A stretch of 64,000 nt of DNA, taken from assembly GCA_016186795.1 (NCBI GenBank), contig JACPKY010000002.1, forward strand, positions 350,748 through 414,747. The letters are read 5' to 3'. The stretch is from Candidatus Gottesmanbacteria bacterium. GTDB taxonomy: Bacteria > Patescibacteriota > Microgenomatia > 2-02-FULL-39-11. The position numbers were made by a program, and so were the translations under genes. The notes under the pieces are model-generated. The model was not told where the DNA came from, did not search any database, and was given only the letters and a program-made list of their open reading frames with translations. Of this stretch, positions 47,089-57,357 are shown piece by piece (the stretch's first letter is position 1; each line of letters begins with the position of its first letter).

Positions 47089-47942
47089 GTTGGAGGAAGG
47101 ATGTCCTTGCTATTAAGAGTTGGCGTACGAAACCACTTCTCTGGCCCAATAACTATTTTTCCCTGTGAGAGCCATGCAGCCCACCAACTGAATGTACTAT
47201 TGGCAATTATATGATATTTGCACGCACTCATCAGTCGGAAATCCTCATACTCATCAATAGCATCGTTAAAATCAATGTATGTAAATACACCTTTAGGTTT
47301 GAAGTATTTTTTTACCCAATCGATACTATCAGAAAAAATATAGAAATGGGGATTCTTTACTTTCCTTTTTATAAATTCGACTGCTTTATAATAATAATCT
47401 AGAGATAACACCCCATGAATTATATTTGCTTTTACATGCTCCATGTAATCACCTCGACGAAAATGGATCGATACTGCGTGACTTTTTGGAATTTTCTTCA
47501 GAACTAGTCGATTCTTGTAAGAAGGGGGGGATTTAGGAGTGAATTCTTTGAGAAGGACTGGTCGAATTTCTTGGAAATACTTTTCGCTTTGCCAGAAACC
47601 TGATAGATAGCTATTGTCCGAAACCGTCAGAATTCTTTTATCAAAAGTGAATGCCTTTTCATAAAAAATATTGGGAAACATAGTTTCAAAAAAAATTTTA
47701 ACTTTGCGAAGAAATATACGCGGCACATAATATCCCCAGCCTAAGATAAACCTTAGGTCATCCTTTGAGGCAAAATCTTCTACAATATTAAATTTATGAA
47801 GTCTGTATGGATATAAATGTTGCTTTTTAAATTCGGTTAAATCTATTTTGAGCTGTGTATTACAGACTATAGCTAGTTTCTTTCCAAGAGCATACTGAAA
47901 CATCTGATTGCCCAACCCACCCATTAATTCAGTGATAATCAT
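47073..47942 (-). CDS. Alpha-1,2-fucosyltransferase (GT11)
   Basis: N-terminal GGLGNQMFQYA motif and HFRRGDY motif, both diagnostic for GT11 alpha-1,2-FucTs (FutC/WbsJ-like). Confidence 0.85.
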   Translation of the reverse strand: MIITELMGGLGNQMFQYALGKKLAIVCNTQLKIDLTEFKKQHLYPYRLHKFNIVEDFASKDDLRFILGWGYYVPRIFLRKVKIFFETMFPNIFYEKAFTFDKRILTVSDNSYLSGFWQSEKYFQEIRPVLLKEFTPKSPPSYKNRLVLKKIPKSHAVSIHFRRGDYMEHVKANIIHGVLSLDYYYKAVEFIKRKVKNPHFYIFSDSIDWVKKYFKPKGVFTYIDFNDAIDEYEDFRLMSACKYHIIANSTFSWWAAWLSQGKIVIGPEKWFRTPTLNSKDILPPTWVRL

Positions 47943-47947
47943 ATAAT

Positions 47948-49249
47948 TTAGTAAGAAAGTAAACTTTTATACTTTGCCAATCTCTTTTCTATTATCTCCA
48001 TACTTGTATCCTTATCATCTCTTTCTACAAAAAGACTTAAATTTAACATAGTAATAATCTTTATCACACTAGCTTTGAACTTATATTTTAGGCCTTTATA
48101 TTTTTGATTGCGTAAATATGCCTCAATGATTTCTTTTGTGCCTGTCTTTTCTTGAGAGTTTTGTTTGGCAGTTGCTAAAAATTTCGCTAATCCTTTTATA
48201 GGGTCCCCCTTTTTGAGAAAATGATTCACAGCCCAATTTCGAAGCTGAATATACGTATTTTTATTTGATTTCAACATTCGTAAAAGTTCTTCTTTCGTTT
48301 TCGCTTTTGGCACGTATCCGTACCACTCTCCTATTAGATCTTTCGGTAGCGGAAACGGCTCTAGCATAAGTATTGGTTTTTTTGCAATTGCTGCTTCAAT
48401 GAGACTCGTAGAGAAGGAAGAAACGACAATATCGCTTGCAAGTATCCAATCTCGAACGGTGTAGTCTTTGAGAATGTGTATTCTTTTTCCAAGTTCTGGC
48501 TCGAATTTTTGTACGGTTTCTAAAAACGTAGTATAGGAAGTGGCCGGTCGTGGCCGGATAATAATTTCTACATTGTCACTTTTTTTTAGAAATCGTAACC
48601 AATGGAGCACCTCGATAAGCGATTTACCGCAATAATCTCTCATTTGATAGACAGCTTTCCTGTCTTGGCCATTTTTTATTATCTCTTCAATCAAATGGTC
48701 AGAGTAAAAGTACCAAGAATAATTCTCTGGGAAAAATATCCATTTTTTCCGTTGGTCTATATCAAATTTTTTCCCTAAGATTTCTCTTGACGCGAATACT
48801 TTCCTGTATGGAGGGAAATAAAGGTAGTAAGCTGGTTGACCATTCACGAATATGTGGCTCTCTGGGACTCCTCTATCCTGTAAGAATATCGCCCGCTGTT
48901 TACTCCACGCATGATGGAGAACGCATTTCTTCGCAAAAGAGTCTCGAGGTGCTTTATATTCAATGTTTGCTCTATAAAATACTTGTTCCCAGGAAAGATT
49001 TACAAATGTTGCATCGTTCCAAGATGAAAGGTAATGTTTGAGTCCAGAATCATGTATGGAGTAACAATACGGTAAAAGAACAATTGTGGGATGAAATTGT
49101 TGAGTAAAAGAGGTAGGACGGGGATGGAAAAAGGGGAGAATCTTTACCTTCTTTTGATATTTTGATTCCAAAAGTGCTGTGGTTGCACAAGCTACGTCAA
49201 GTTCTCTCGCAAAGTGTTCAATAAACCAGACAATATCTAATTTCTCCAT
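47948..49249 (-). CDS. GT-B-fold protein of the KpsC/KpsS/TagF-like type (CMP-/CDP-activated donor transferases)
   Basis: IIRPRPATS ... ILASDIVVSSFSTSLIEAAIAKKPILML resembles the HP....NS/T-x-G-x-E-A...G-KP-v core of Capsule_synth/TagF-like enzymes. It is paralogous in pattern to 60269-61915 and 62806-end. Confidence 0.4.
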   Translation of the reverse strand: MEKLDIVWFIEHFARELDVACATTALLESKYQKKVKILPFFHPRPTSFTQQFHPTIVLLPYCYSIHDSGLKHYLSSWNDATFVNLSWEQVFYRANIEYKAPRDSFAKKCVLHHAWSKQRAIFLQDRGVPESHIFVNGQPAYYLYFPPYRKVFASREILGKKFDIDQRKKWIFFPENYSWYFYSDHLIEEIIKNGQDRKAVYQMRDYCGKSLIEVLHWLRFLKKSDNVEIIIRPRPATSYTTFLETVQKFEPELGKRIHILKDYTVRDWILASDIVVSSFSTSLIEAAIAKKPILMLEPFPLPKDLIGEWYGYVPKAKTKEELLRMLKSNKNTYIQLRNWAVNHFLKKGDPIKGLAKFLATAKQNSQEKTGTKEIIEAYLRNQKYKGLKYKFKASVIKIITMLNLSLFVERDDKDTSMEIIEKRLAKYKSLLSY

Positions 49250-51180
49250 AGTCGATGTATTGTCTGCTGGATGGTATTGCTATCAAGGCCTAAATACTTT
49301 AATACCTCTTCTCTAAATCCGGTTTGTGGAAAATCTCTCAAAGCAATATGCTCAACACGAGGAAACTGTATGCCATGAATAGTAAGATAGGCAAGTAAAC
49401 TCTCTCCAAATCCTCCTTTTTTATAGTGATCTTCAACAATGAGAAGCGGAATGCCACGTTTTGAAGCATCAAGCAACTGCTTTCTATCAAATTCTATCAA
49501 CCACGGCTGATTCCAAACTTCAACAGATATTCCATCTCTTTCCAGATTGATAGCAGCAACTATCGATTCGGCGATAACAACCGGACCGATTCCAATAACA
49601 AGAATATTTTTCCCTTCTCGTAAAATATGAGCTTTTCCCTTTTCCAGATTTTTGGAAGGTGTATTTAATTCTACTTTTCCAGAAGCCATAGACAGCCGCA
49701 CATACAAAATGTTTCCCAGCTCATTATTGAAATAACGTCCGAGAACGTTCTCTACATCTTTCGGTGTTATTGGTTGATACATGGTAACACCTGGAATATT
49801 TTTTATACAGGCAATATCACGAAATGCCTGATGTGATTTTCCGGGTGTTGCCGGAATTACCCCGGACATATTTCCGACAATAATCGCCTTTCCACCCTCA
49901 GTTGCAAGATTATAAAGTTGCTCATTCGCTCGTGAAGTGAGAAACGCAGCATAGGTAGAAACAATCGGTATTGTCCCTGATCTTGAAAACGCAGCTGCTG
50001 TTGAAACCATGTGCTGCTCCATAATCCCCATCTCAAAAAACCGTGTGTGATTTCTTTTATGGAATTCTACAAACCCTGAGTCTTCCTCAAGGTCTCCATC
50101 GAGCGTTACAAATTGATACTTTTTTGCAAAGTCTAAAAGAGCATCTGAAAATCCTGTAATAAGACTTGAACCACGCACATCTTTTTGCATTGGCTCTTTC
50201 GGAATATCCTTAAGTGATAAACTTAAATCAATGACGAAGCCAAAACTACTCATTAAATCCTTCACTCTTTTATAAATTTCTCTTAATGCCTGGTCTAACT
50301 GTTTCCTGTCAGGAGCTTTGTTGTGCCATATATATCGATCTATTTTGCTTTTTAAAACATTAGGATGCTCCATGTAAGAAACACCTTGACCTTTCACGGT
50401 GCGCATATAGAGTAATTTCGGTTTCTTTGACTTTGCAAGTTTCATGAATCCATCATGGATATTTTTAATCTTTTTACCGTTTTTTTCTACGACAGTAAAA
50501 CCAAGGGACGACAGTGTATGTACTATATCGTTATACTTAAGAATATTTTGAGTGAACTGGTCCGTCTGAACGCTATTATCATCAATAATGATGTAGAGGT
50601 TATCTACTTTGAAACTTACTGCCGAAAGAAGCGATTCCCACAATTGACCCTCTTGAAGTTCTCCATCTCCAACAATCACGATGACGCTTCCTTTATACCC
50701 CATACGCTTTTTAAAAAGTGCGAAACCAACAGCTTTTGAAATTCCCATAGCAAGGGATCCCGTGTTTGCTTCAATTCCAGGAGTTTCAATATCACAATGT
50801 CCGGAAAGACCATGAAGACGGCGCAACCGGTTAAGATTTTCGATTGGAAAGTAGCCTTTTGCAGAAAGTGTAGCATAAAGAGATGGGACGGCGTGACCTT
50901 TGGAAAGGATAAAAATATCTCTGTCTTTGGAGGAACTCTCTTTGGGGGAAAAGGAAAATGATCGAAAATATATTTCTGTAAGGAGTTCAATGATGCTAAG
51001 GGAAGCTCCCAGATGTCCAGTCCCTGCCCTTGCTACACTAAGTAGTGTATTGTATCGGATCAAATCTGCGATGGCACTCAAAATCTTTGCTTTTCCTTTT
51101 CCTCCCTGAGATTTTTTTTCAAGAAAGAGAAAACTTTCTTGGGAAATAAAACCTAGATTATTTAATAGATTCATAATCAA
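49237..51180 (-). CDS. Transketolase-like enzyme with N- and C-terminal sections fused (647 aa), the second transketolase in the locus
   Basis: TPP-binding N-terminus (ARAGTGHLGASLSIIELLTEIYF, GSLAMGISKAVG), then pyrimidine-binding and C-terminal domains. Confidence 0.8.
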   Translation of the reverse strand: MIMNLLNNLGFISQESFLFLEKKSQGGKGKAKILSAIADLIRYNTLLSVARAGTGHLGASLSIIELLTEIYFRSFSFSPKESSSKDRDIFILSKGHAVPSLYATLSAKGYFPIENLNRLRRLHGLSGHCDIETPGIEANTGSLAMGISKAVGFALFKKRMGYKGSVIVIVGDGELQEGQLWESLLSAVSFKVDNLYIIIDDNSVQTDQFTQNILKYNDIVHTLSSLGFTVVEKNGKKIKNIHDGFMKLAKSKKPKLLYMRTVKGQGVSYMEHPNVLKSKIDRYIWHNKAPDRKQLDQALREIYKRVKDLMSSFGFVIDLSLSLKDIPKEPMQKDVRGSSLITGFSDALLDFAKKYQFVTLDGDLEEDSGFVEFHKRNHTRFFEMGIMEQHMVSTAAAFSRSGTIPIVSTYAAFLTSRANEQLYNLATEGGKAIIVGNMSGVIPATPGKSHQAFRDIACIKNIPGVTMYQPITPKDVENVLGRYFNNELGNILYVRLSMASGKVELNTPSKNLEKGKAHILREGKNILVIGIGPVVIAESIVAAINLERDGISVEVWNQPWLIEFDRKQLLDASKRGIPLLIVEDHYKKGGFGESLLAYLTIHGIQFPRVEHIALRDFPQTGFREEVLKYLGLDSNTIQQTIHRLWRN

Positions 51181-51934
51181 GTGTGAAAGGCGTGTGTAAA
51201 ATTTTTGGCAATGTTGCTTTTCCCTCCTTTATAAGCCGCTGGGCATAGTACCAATCATACTCCGTGTTCACATCGACTCCTTCATCATCTTTGGTAAAAA
51301 ATGGCATGATTGCCTCTCCCGAAATAGAATGGTGTTCAAATACACATCGAGTTTTTGCAATCTCCAAACTTGCATTCTGCATATACACTTCTGGAAGAGA
51401 TGGGTACTGAAGACTGTGCCAGAGAATACCTTTTTTATGAGGATTTTCCATGACGGGTTTCATTCGATTTTTTTCCTTATCCACAATCCACATTTTCGCT
51501 GGATGATGCGTGGTTTTCTCTACCGCACGAAGAGAATCTACGTTTGGATTATTAAGGATCATATTCCATGCTCGCTTAAGTGTTTCTGGTTTTCTAAAAG
51601 GACTAGTTGGTCTTAAAATTGCAAAATAGTCATATAACTCTCCTTTTTCTCTCAAAAATTGAAGAGTGTAGGATATCCACTCGATATCAGGAGATGTTTC
51701 TTGGGCAAATTCAGATGGGCGTAAGAATGGAACATCTGCTCCATAATATCTCGCAACATCTGCATAGAGTTTACTATCCGTTGAAACAATAACTTTTGAG
51801 AAAATGTTTGACTCCAAAGACGATACTATACTGTATGCAAGGAGTGGATGGCCATACAGTTCTCTGATATTTTTGTGTTTAATTCTCTTCGAACCGGACC
51901 TTGCAGGAATAAGAGCTATGCAAGAATGTTTCAT
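51158..51934 (-). CDS. CMP-sugar synthetase (acylneuraminate/pseudaminate/Kdo cytidylyltransferase family, CTP_transf_3)
   Basis: N-terminal IALIPARSGSKRIKHKNI motif typical of NeuA/PseF/KdsB-like cytidylyltransferases. Confidence 0.85.
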   Translation of the reverse strand: MKHSCIALIPARSGSKRIKHKNIRELYGHPLLAYSIVSSLESNIFSKVIVSTDSKLYADVARYYGADVPFLRPSEFAQETSPDIEWISYTLQFLREKGELYDYFAILRPTSPFRKPETLKRAWNMILNNPNVDSLRAVEKTTHHPAKMWIVDKEKNRMKPVMENPHKKGILWHSLQYPSLPEVYMQNASLEIAKTRCVFEHHSISGEAIMPFFTKDDEGVDVNTEYDWYYAQRLIKEGKATLPKILHTPFTLDYESIK

Positions 51935-51945
51935 ATGATTCTCTT

Positions 51946-53955
51946 TTACTTATAACCTCTCTTGCCGATTTTCACCAGAACATATGAACTATTCTGAATT
52001 ATTAATTTGGCATTGTTCGTTTCGATGAGTTTTTGAATATAAGTATCGGGATTTATCGATAATTCTGAAGTGTCTATAAGTAAATAAACCGGATCATTCT
52101 TTATCTCAAAGACCATGTTTTGAAGTAACCTTTCATTTTCAGGATATAATACTAGATTTTCAATGATCTTTTGTCTTTGGGCATATTGAGAATGTCCTTG
52201 GATGTATAAATCTGATGTTTTGGCGAAATAAATTCTTCGCTGCACGATTGCGCTCAAGAGTTCTTGTTGTCTTGGCAAAGCGGCAACAATGGCGTTAGGT
52301 TCACTATTTTTTCTTATCCATACTGCTACTTCCTCCAATTTTCTATCTGTGGAAATGATCTTCGTACCCTGACTCTCAATGCCTGATGGAAACTGCTGAC
52401 GAGACGACGTATATGCGACGAGTATAAAAAGATACTGAAGAAAAGTGAAAATGAAAAAACCATAAAGAATAATCTTCTTAACTTTCTTTCCAAATATATT
52501 CGCATTATGCTCAATACCCTTGATAGTGAGGATAGAGAGAGGAATACTGGAAAGAAAAACAAATTTATATTGGTTATTATCCGGTAAAAGAAGAAATATA
52601 CTCAAAGAGAATAGCACAAAAAAAAGAACCGCTAGTGCAAAAAGTTTGATGGAGTTACTCTTGCCTATCATTGCCTTTAAACCATCATATGCAAAAGGAA
52701 GAAAGAGAAGATAGGTGAACTGGAAATCTAATAGAGAATATACCCGAAACGATAATCCAATATTAAATTCCTTAAATGCTTGCTGAATAGGTTGGATATA
52801 GGGATATATTAGAACAGAAACTGTTAAAATCGAGGCAAGTATGAAAAGAGATGTTTTCTCCGGTAACATGGAAGCTTTTTTCAAGGAGCCGAATATATCA
52901 ATAAGAGCAAAAAAGAATAAGAAAATTACAGCTGGAATGAATGAGACGGGATGAAATAAAGCCAAACCCAGAAGAGTTATGAAAAGAGGGATCACTAGTT
53001 TTCGTATGGGAAGCTCAGTTAACTTTACAATGATTAGAACTAAGGTGAGATTCAAAACAAATCCAAGTCTGAATCCATCAATACTCAGAAATTTATGGAC
53101 AAGGTCTAGCAATCGCCCGTCAACAGGAAATATCTTAGCGATATTCGTGATCGCACTAGGATCTAGAGTTTTAAATGTACTATAAATACCTGGATTTCTT
53201 ATTAATCTCACTAAAAAAACAGTCCCATTATATAATCCTGGTCCCATCACCAAAAGGAAAGCACCAAGAATTTGTAGACTTGAATTTTGAACAAAATTTC
53301 TTGAGAGTAAAAATCCAATGGTAAAGACAGAAAATATTGACATCAAACCAACAATTACGCTGACTTGCAACGCTGACATATTGAGAATAATTGATCCAAC
53401 GGCAAGATACAAAGAATACAACCAATATGTGTTTATGGGGATACCTGCCAGAGCAAAATGGTCAGGAGGTATGATACCATTCATAATTTGATAGACTATT
53501 GGCAAGTGTATGTTTCCTTCATAAGACTGTTGTACCCGTATAAATGACAAAGGTATTACAACCAAAGAAGATAAACAAAGCATAAGAACCAAAATTTCTT
53601 TTTCTTTAGCTAAGGATATGTACCTGGCCTGTTTCTTTGTAATTAAAAGATAGAAAGAGGAAAGAAGAGTATAAGCGATAATAGATCCAGTGGTGAAGGA
53701 AAGAGAAAAATGCATAAGGTAAGAAATGAAATAGCCCATTATAACAATCAAAGAGGAAGAAAGAGGGAAGGCAAGTGCACTTACTTCTAGAAGAGTCAAA
53801 TGAGATGGCACTGCAATGGCTAATAAATTAAATCCATTTAAGAAAAAGAGTACTGGCAATACATAAAGATTTGCTTGGAGAGAGAAAATTTTTTGGATAA
53901 TAAATAATACAAAAGAACAAATGAGCGAAATTATGACTATTCTCTTTACGGACAT
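51946..53955 (-). CDS. Polytopic membrane protein with a C-terminal soluble domain (candidate Wzy-like polymerase or GT-C)
   Basis: 669 aa, more than 12 TM helices, and a roughly 150-aa hydrophilic C-terminal domain. Confidence 0.4.
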   Translation of the reverse strand: MSVKRIVIISLICSFVLFIIQKIFSLQANLYVLPVLFFLNGFNLLAIAVPSHLTLLEVSALAFPLSSSLIVIMGYFISYLMHFSLSFTTGSIIAYTLLSSFYLLITKKQARYISLAKEKEILVLMLCLSSLVVIPLSFIRVQQSYEGNIHLPIVYQIMNGIIPPDHFALAGIPINTYWLYSLYLAVGSIILNMSALQVSVIVGLMSIFSVFTIGFLLSRNFVQNSSLQILGAFLLVMGPGLYNGTVFLVRLIRNPGIYSTFKTLDPSAITNIAKIFPVDGRLLDLVHKFLSIDGFRLGFVLNLTLVLIIVKLTELPIRKLVIPLFITLLGLALFHPVSFIPAVIFLFFFALIDIFGSLKKASMLPEKTSLFILASILTVSVLIYPYIQPIQQAFKEFNIGLSFRVYSLLDFQFTYLLFLPFAYDGLKAMIGKSNSIKLFALAVLFFVLFSLSIFLLLPDNNQYKFVFLSSIPLSILTIKGIEHNANIFGKKVKKIILYGFFIFTFLQYLFILVAYTSSRQQFPSGIESQGTKIISTDRKLEEVAVWIRKNSEPNAIVAALPRQQELLSAIVQRRIYFAKTSDLYIQGHSQYAQRQKIIENLVLYPENERLLQNMVFEIKNDPVYLLIDTSELSINPDTYIQKLIETNNAKLIIQNSSYVLVKIGKRGYK

Positions 53956-53975
53956 ATTTTTTCCTGGCTGTTTGT

Positions 53976-55439
53976 TTATACACGAGAGGGATTGTATTTA
54001 ATGTACACAGTTTTCCATTCGGAATAAACATCAAGTGCTTCTGTCCCTGGTTCTCTGTGACCGTTGCCTGACTTTCCTACACCTCCAAAGGGCAAATGTG
54101 GTTCGCTCCCAAAGGTAGGCCCATTCACTGATACCAGTCCAACCCGTACTCTATGTATAAATTCTTGTATTCTATGAATACTTCTTGTATGAATTGCAGA
54201 TGTCAAACCATAATCAGTTGCATTAACAAGTCTTACTGCTTCCTCAAAATTTTTCACCTTAAATAGACATGTCACCGGACCGAAGAGCTCGCTTTGAGAA
54301 ATGGATGCATCCACTTTTGCTCCTTCAACAATTGTTGGTTCTATAAAAAAACCATTTTTCTTCTCACCTTTGACCAACCTCTTTCCACCCGCAATTACAT
54401 TCGCTCCCTGGAGTACAGCATGATCAATCTCTACAAGAATTTTATTCATTTGACTCTCATTAATCACAGGTCCTACATCATCTTTATCACCTGATCCAAC
54501 TTTTAACTGTTTTGTTTTTTGCACAAATTCTCTTTTAAACTGATCATATATTTTTTCAAAAATGATGAGTCTACTCCCGGACGAACACCGCTGGCCAGCG
54601 TTTGAGAAAGCAGATAAGACAGCGTAAGAGACAGCATCCTTCATATCTGCATCATCACATACAAGAAAAGCATTTTTTCCCCCCAGTTCCAGACTCACTT
54701 TTGCAATCCTACCACCCGCAACTTTTGCGATATACTCACCTACTTCACATGAGCCGGTAAAACTTACGAGATCCACTCTATCATCCTCGACAAGCGATCG
54801 ACCAACCTCCTCTCCAGATCCTTGAACAACATTAAAAACTCCTTTGGGAAGTCCGGCTAGTTGCAATATTTTTGCAAACCAGACAGGTGTGAATGGCGTA
54901 TCTTTTGCAGCCTTCAACACACAAGTATTTCCACAAAGAAGTGCTGGAAATGCTTTCCAGGAAACATTGGCAATCGGTGTGTTAAACGGAACAATGAGTG
55001 CACAAACTCCTATAGGTTGACGCATTGTATATGCGAAGCGGTTAAGTACCGCTGAAGTTGTCGTCCTTCCATAAAACCTTCTTCCCTCCCCTGCCATAAA
55101 AAATCCAAGCTCAATAGCTCCTGAAACTTCCACAAGTGAATCTTTGAAAGATTTTCCAGTTTCGGAAGATACAATAAAAGCAATTTCCTCTCTTTTTTCT
55201 TGGAGAATCAAAGCTGCGGTTCTTAGTATATCGGCTCTTTGAATAACGGGAGTATATGCCCACCGAAAGAAATGATCAGAAGCATAAGTTACAGCACTAT
55301 CTACATCTTCGCCTGTCCCCTTTTCTATGCGCGCGACTACTTTTCCACTCGTTGGAGAGATTTTTTCAATATACTTTCTCGAAGTGCTTTCAACTTCATT
55401 CCCATTAATAAAATGATAAATTCGTGAAGGGTATTTCAT
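53976..55439 (-). CDS. NAD(P)-dependent aldehyde dehydrogenase
   Basis: ELGGKNAFLV (catalytic Glu region), the Cys region FSNAGQRCSSGSR, and EPTIV...ELFGPV ALDH motifs. Confidence 0.9.
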   Translation of the reverse strand: MKYPSRIYHFINGNEVESTSRKYIEKISPTSGKVVARIEKGTGEDVDSAVTYASDHFFRWAYTPVIQRADILRTAALILQEKREEIAFIVSSETGKSFKDSLVEVSGAIELGFFMAGEGRRFYGRTTTSAVLNRFAYTMRQPIGVCALIVPFNTPIANVSWKAFPALLCGNTCVLKAAKDTPFTPVWFAKILQLAGLPKGVFNVVQGSGEEVGRSLVEDDRVDLVSFTGSCEVGEYIAKVAGGRIAKVSLELGGKNAFLVCDDADMKDAVSYAVLSAFSNAGQRCSSGSRLIIFEKIYDQFKREFVQKTKQLKVGSGDKDDVGPVINESQMNKILVEIDHAVLQGANVIAGGKRLVKGEKKNGFFIEPTIVEGAKVDASISQSELFGPVTCLFKVKNFEEAVRLVNATDYGLTSAIHTRSIHRIQEFIHRVRVGLVSVNGPTFGSEPHLPFGGVGKSGNGHREPGTEALDVYSEWKTVYIKYNPSRV

Positions 55440-55464
55440 AAATTTTTAATTTTTATAAACGTAA

Positions 55465-56259
55465 CTACCAAGCGGTAAACCCTCCGTTTACCTGCAGATT
55501 AGTCCCAGTGACGTAGGCAGATGCATCTGAAGCAAGGAATACCAAGGGGCCTCCCAAATCTGTTTCTTTTTGAGCCATACGGCTCAAAGGAATACGTGAT
55601 GAATATTTTTGGATAAATGTTTTATCCTGATTATTGAATACTCCTCCAGGAGATAATGTGTTGATCCGGATATTCCATTTTGCCAGGCGGGTTGCAAAAT
55701 AACGAGTCACTTGCATAAGTGCAGCTTTCGTTGCCCCATAATCCCATGGTTTATCAAACTGAAGATGAGTGTAGAATCTCTCATTGGGAGATCTCTCTCC
55801 ATAGAGGGATCCGATGTTTATAATTGACCCTTTCTTCTTCTTTTTCATATCCGCAATAAATTCATTGATACAATTGACCGCTCCAGATACATTCACATCC
55901 CACATCTTTTTTGCGTGAGGACGATTTTCCATGTATATTCCTATTTTTTGCGGAGGGATATCAATTCCAGCATTATTAACAAGAATATCAATAGGACCTA
56001 ATTCATTAAGTATTTTTTTATGAATTGTTTTTAACTGCCTAGGATTTGTAATATTACCTTTATAAAAAAGAAGGGAGGAAGAATGAAGAGTAAGAGTTGA
56101 AGGAATTGTCCTTTTGGGCAAGTCAATAATTGCAACATGTGCCTTTACATCAAGAAGTGCTTGTACAAACCACGGTCCTAAATTTCCACAACCCCCAGTA
56201 ACAACTGCAGTTTTTCCTCTGAGTAGAAATCGATCTAAAACAGGAATATATTTCTTCAT
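55465..56259 (-). CDS. Short-chain dehydrogenase/reductase (classical SDR)
   Basis: TAVVTGGCGNLG cofactor motif. YGATK (YxxxK) active site. Confidence 0.85.
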   Translation of the reverse strand: MKKYIPVLDRFLLRGKTAVVTGGCGNLGPWFVQALLDVKAHVAIIDLPKRTIPSTLTLHSSSLLFYKGNITNPRQLKTIHKKILNELGPIDILVNNAGIDIPPQKIGIYMENRPHAKKMWDVNVSGAVNCINEFIADMKKKKKGSIINIGSLYGERSPNERFYTHLQFDKPWDYGATKAALMQVTRYFATRLAKWNIRINTLSPGGVFNNQDKTFIQKYSSRIPLSRMAQKETDLGGPLVFLASDASAYVTGTNLQVNGGFTAW

Positions 56260-57320
56260 AAAACATCACCGAGAATAAACGCTTCATCTTTTTTTAATGT
56301 TCGCTTTAATTTCTTTCCTATCAATTCATCTACTTGATAGGGATGGAGTCCGCCTCCAGGAGATTTAAATGCAATATCATTTATTTCCAATACATGCCAT
56401 TTGGGTAGATTTTTTGTGGCAACAATCTTTTTCTGCATCTTTATGATGGCCTTTTTCTCACTCTCGTATACCTTTTTTACTCCATCTCCTAAAGCAGTTT
56501 TGACGCGCCGAAGATCTCGTACAAGTTTTCGCATTCCAATCGGCTCAAGAGAAAATACGTGATCAGTGCCTTTCATAACACGGTTGAGGGTAAAGTGCTT
56601 CTCAATAATACGTGCCCCCAAAACAAATGCAGCAACAGACATGGCAATGCCATTATCGTGTGCAGAAAATCCTATGATATTTTCTGGAAAATATTTATGA
56701 TATGAACGTATCACATGAAGATCAAGCTCTGAAAAGTCACTTGGATAACTTGCGGTACATTGAAGAATTGCAAGTTGTGGGTTTATAGACATAATAGATT
56801 CTTGCGCACGTCTCACATCATCAAGCCTTGCCCCGCCTGTTGACATTATCATCGGTTTACCTGCCTTTGCAATGTAGCGAAGAAGAGGAAGATGGACAAC
56901 ATCTGCTGAGGCAATCTTAAATGCTGGCATGGATAAGTCTTCTAAAAAATCTACGCTCTCAAAATCAAATGCTGTGGCAAAAAAGATTAAGTCAAGCTTT
57001 TTGGCATAATCTTGGAGTTCTCTATATTGAGATTTATCAAATTCAAGCGCTTCCCTGTGTCGTCCGTATGTCGGACCAAAAGCATTTTCCGAATTATAGA
57101 CTGAATTATAAAATTCTTTTGTATAGAGTTTTTTATTGTGACGCTTTTGAAGTTTCACCGCATCTACACCACACTCTTTTGCAGCTTTAAAAAGCTGTTT
57201 GCATATTTCTACACTTCCTTGGTGGTTGTGACCTATCTCTGCAATAACAAAACAGTCACTTGATTCAGAGATTGTATAATTTTTGATCCGTAAGATTCGC
57301 TTCTTGTTTTCCCCAACCAT
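56256..57320 (-). CDS. NeuB/PseI/LegI-family ulosonic acid synthase (PEP-dependent condensation; TIM barrel plus C-terminal SAF/antifreeze-like domain)
   Basis: DCFVIAEIGHNHQGSVEICKQLFKAAKECGVDAVKLQKR, and the C-terminal SAF domain (KSPGGGLHPYQVDELIGKKLKRTLKKDEAFILGDV). Confidence 0.9.
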   Translation of the reverse strand: MVGENKKRILRIKNYTISESSDCFVIAEIGHNHQGSVEICKQLFKAAKECGVDAVKLQKRHNKKLYTKEFYNSVYNSENAFGPTYGRHREALEFDKSQYRELQDYAKKLDLIFFATAFDFESVDFLEDLSMPAFKIASADVVHLPLLRYIAKAGKPMIMSTGGARLDDVRRAQESIMSINPQLAILQCTASYPSDFSELDLHVIRSYHKYFPENIIGFSAHDNGIAMSVAAFVLGARIIEKHFTLNRVMKGTDHVFSLEPIGMRKLVRDLRRVKTALGDGVKKVYESEKKAIIKMQKKIVATKNLPKWHVLEINDIAFKSPGGGLHPYQVDELIGKKLKRTLKKDEAFILGDVL

Positions 57321-57357
57321 ATATCAAACTGCTATTATAACAGATAATACGGGTATT

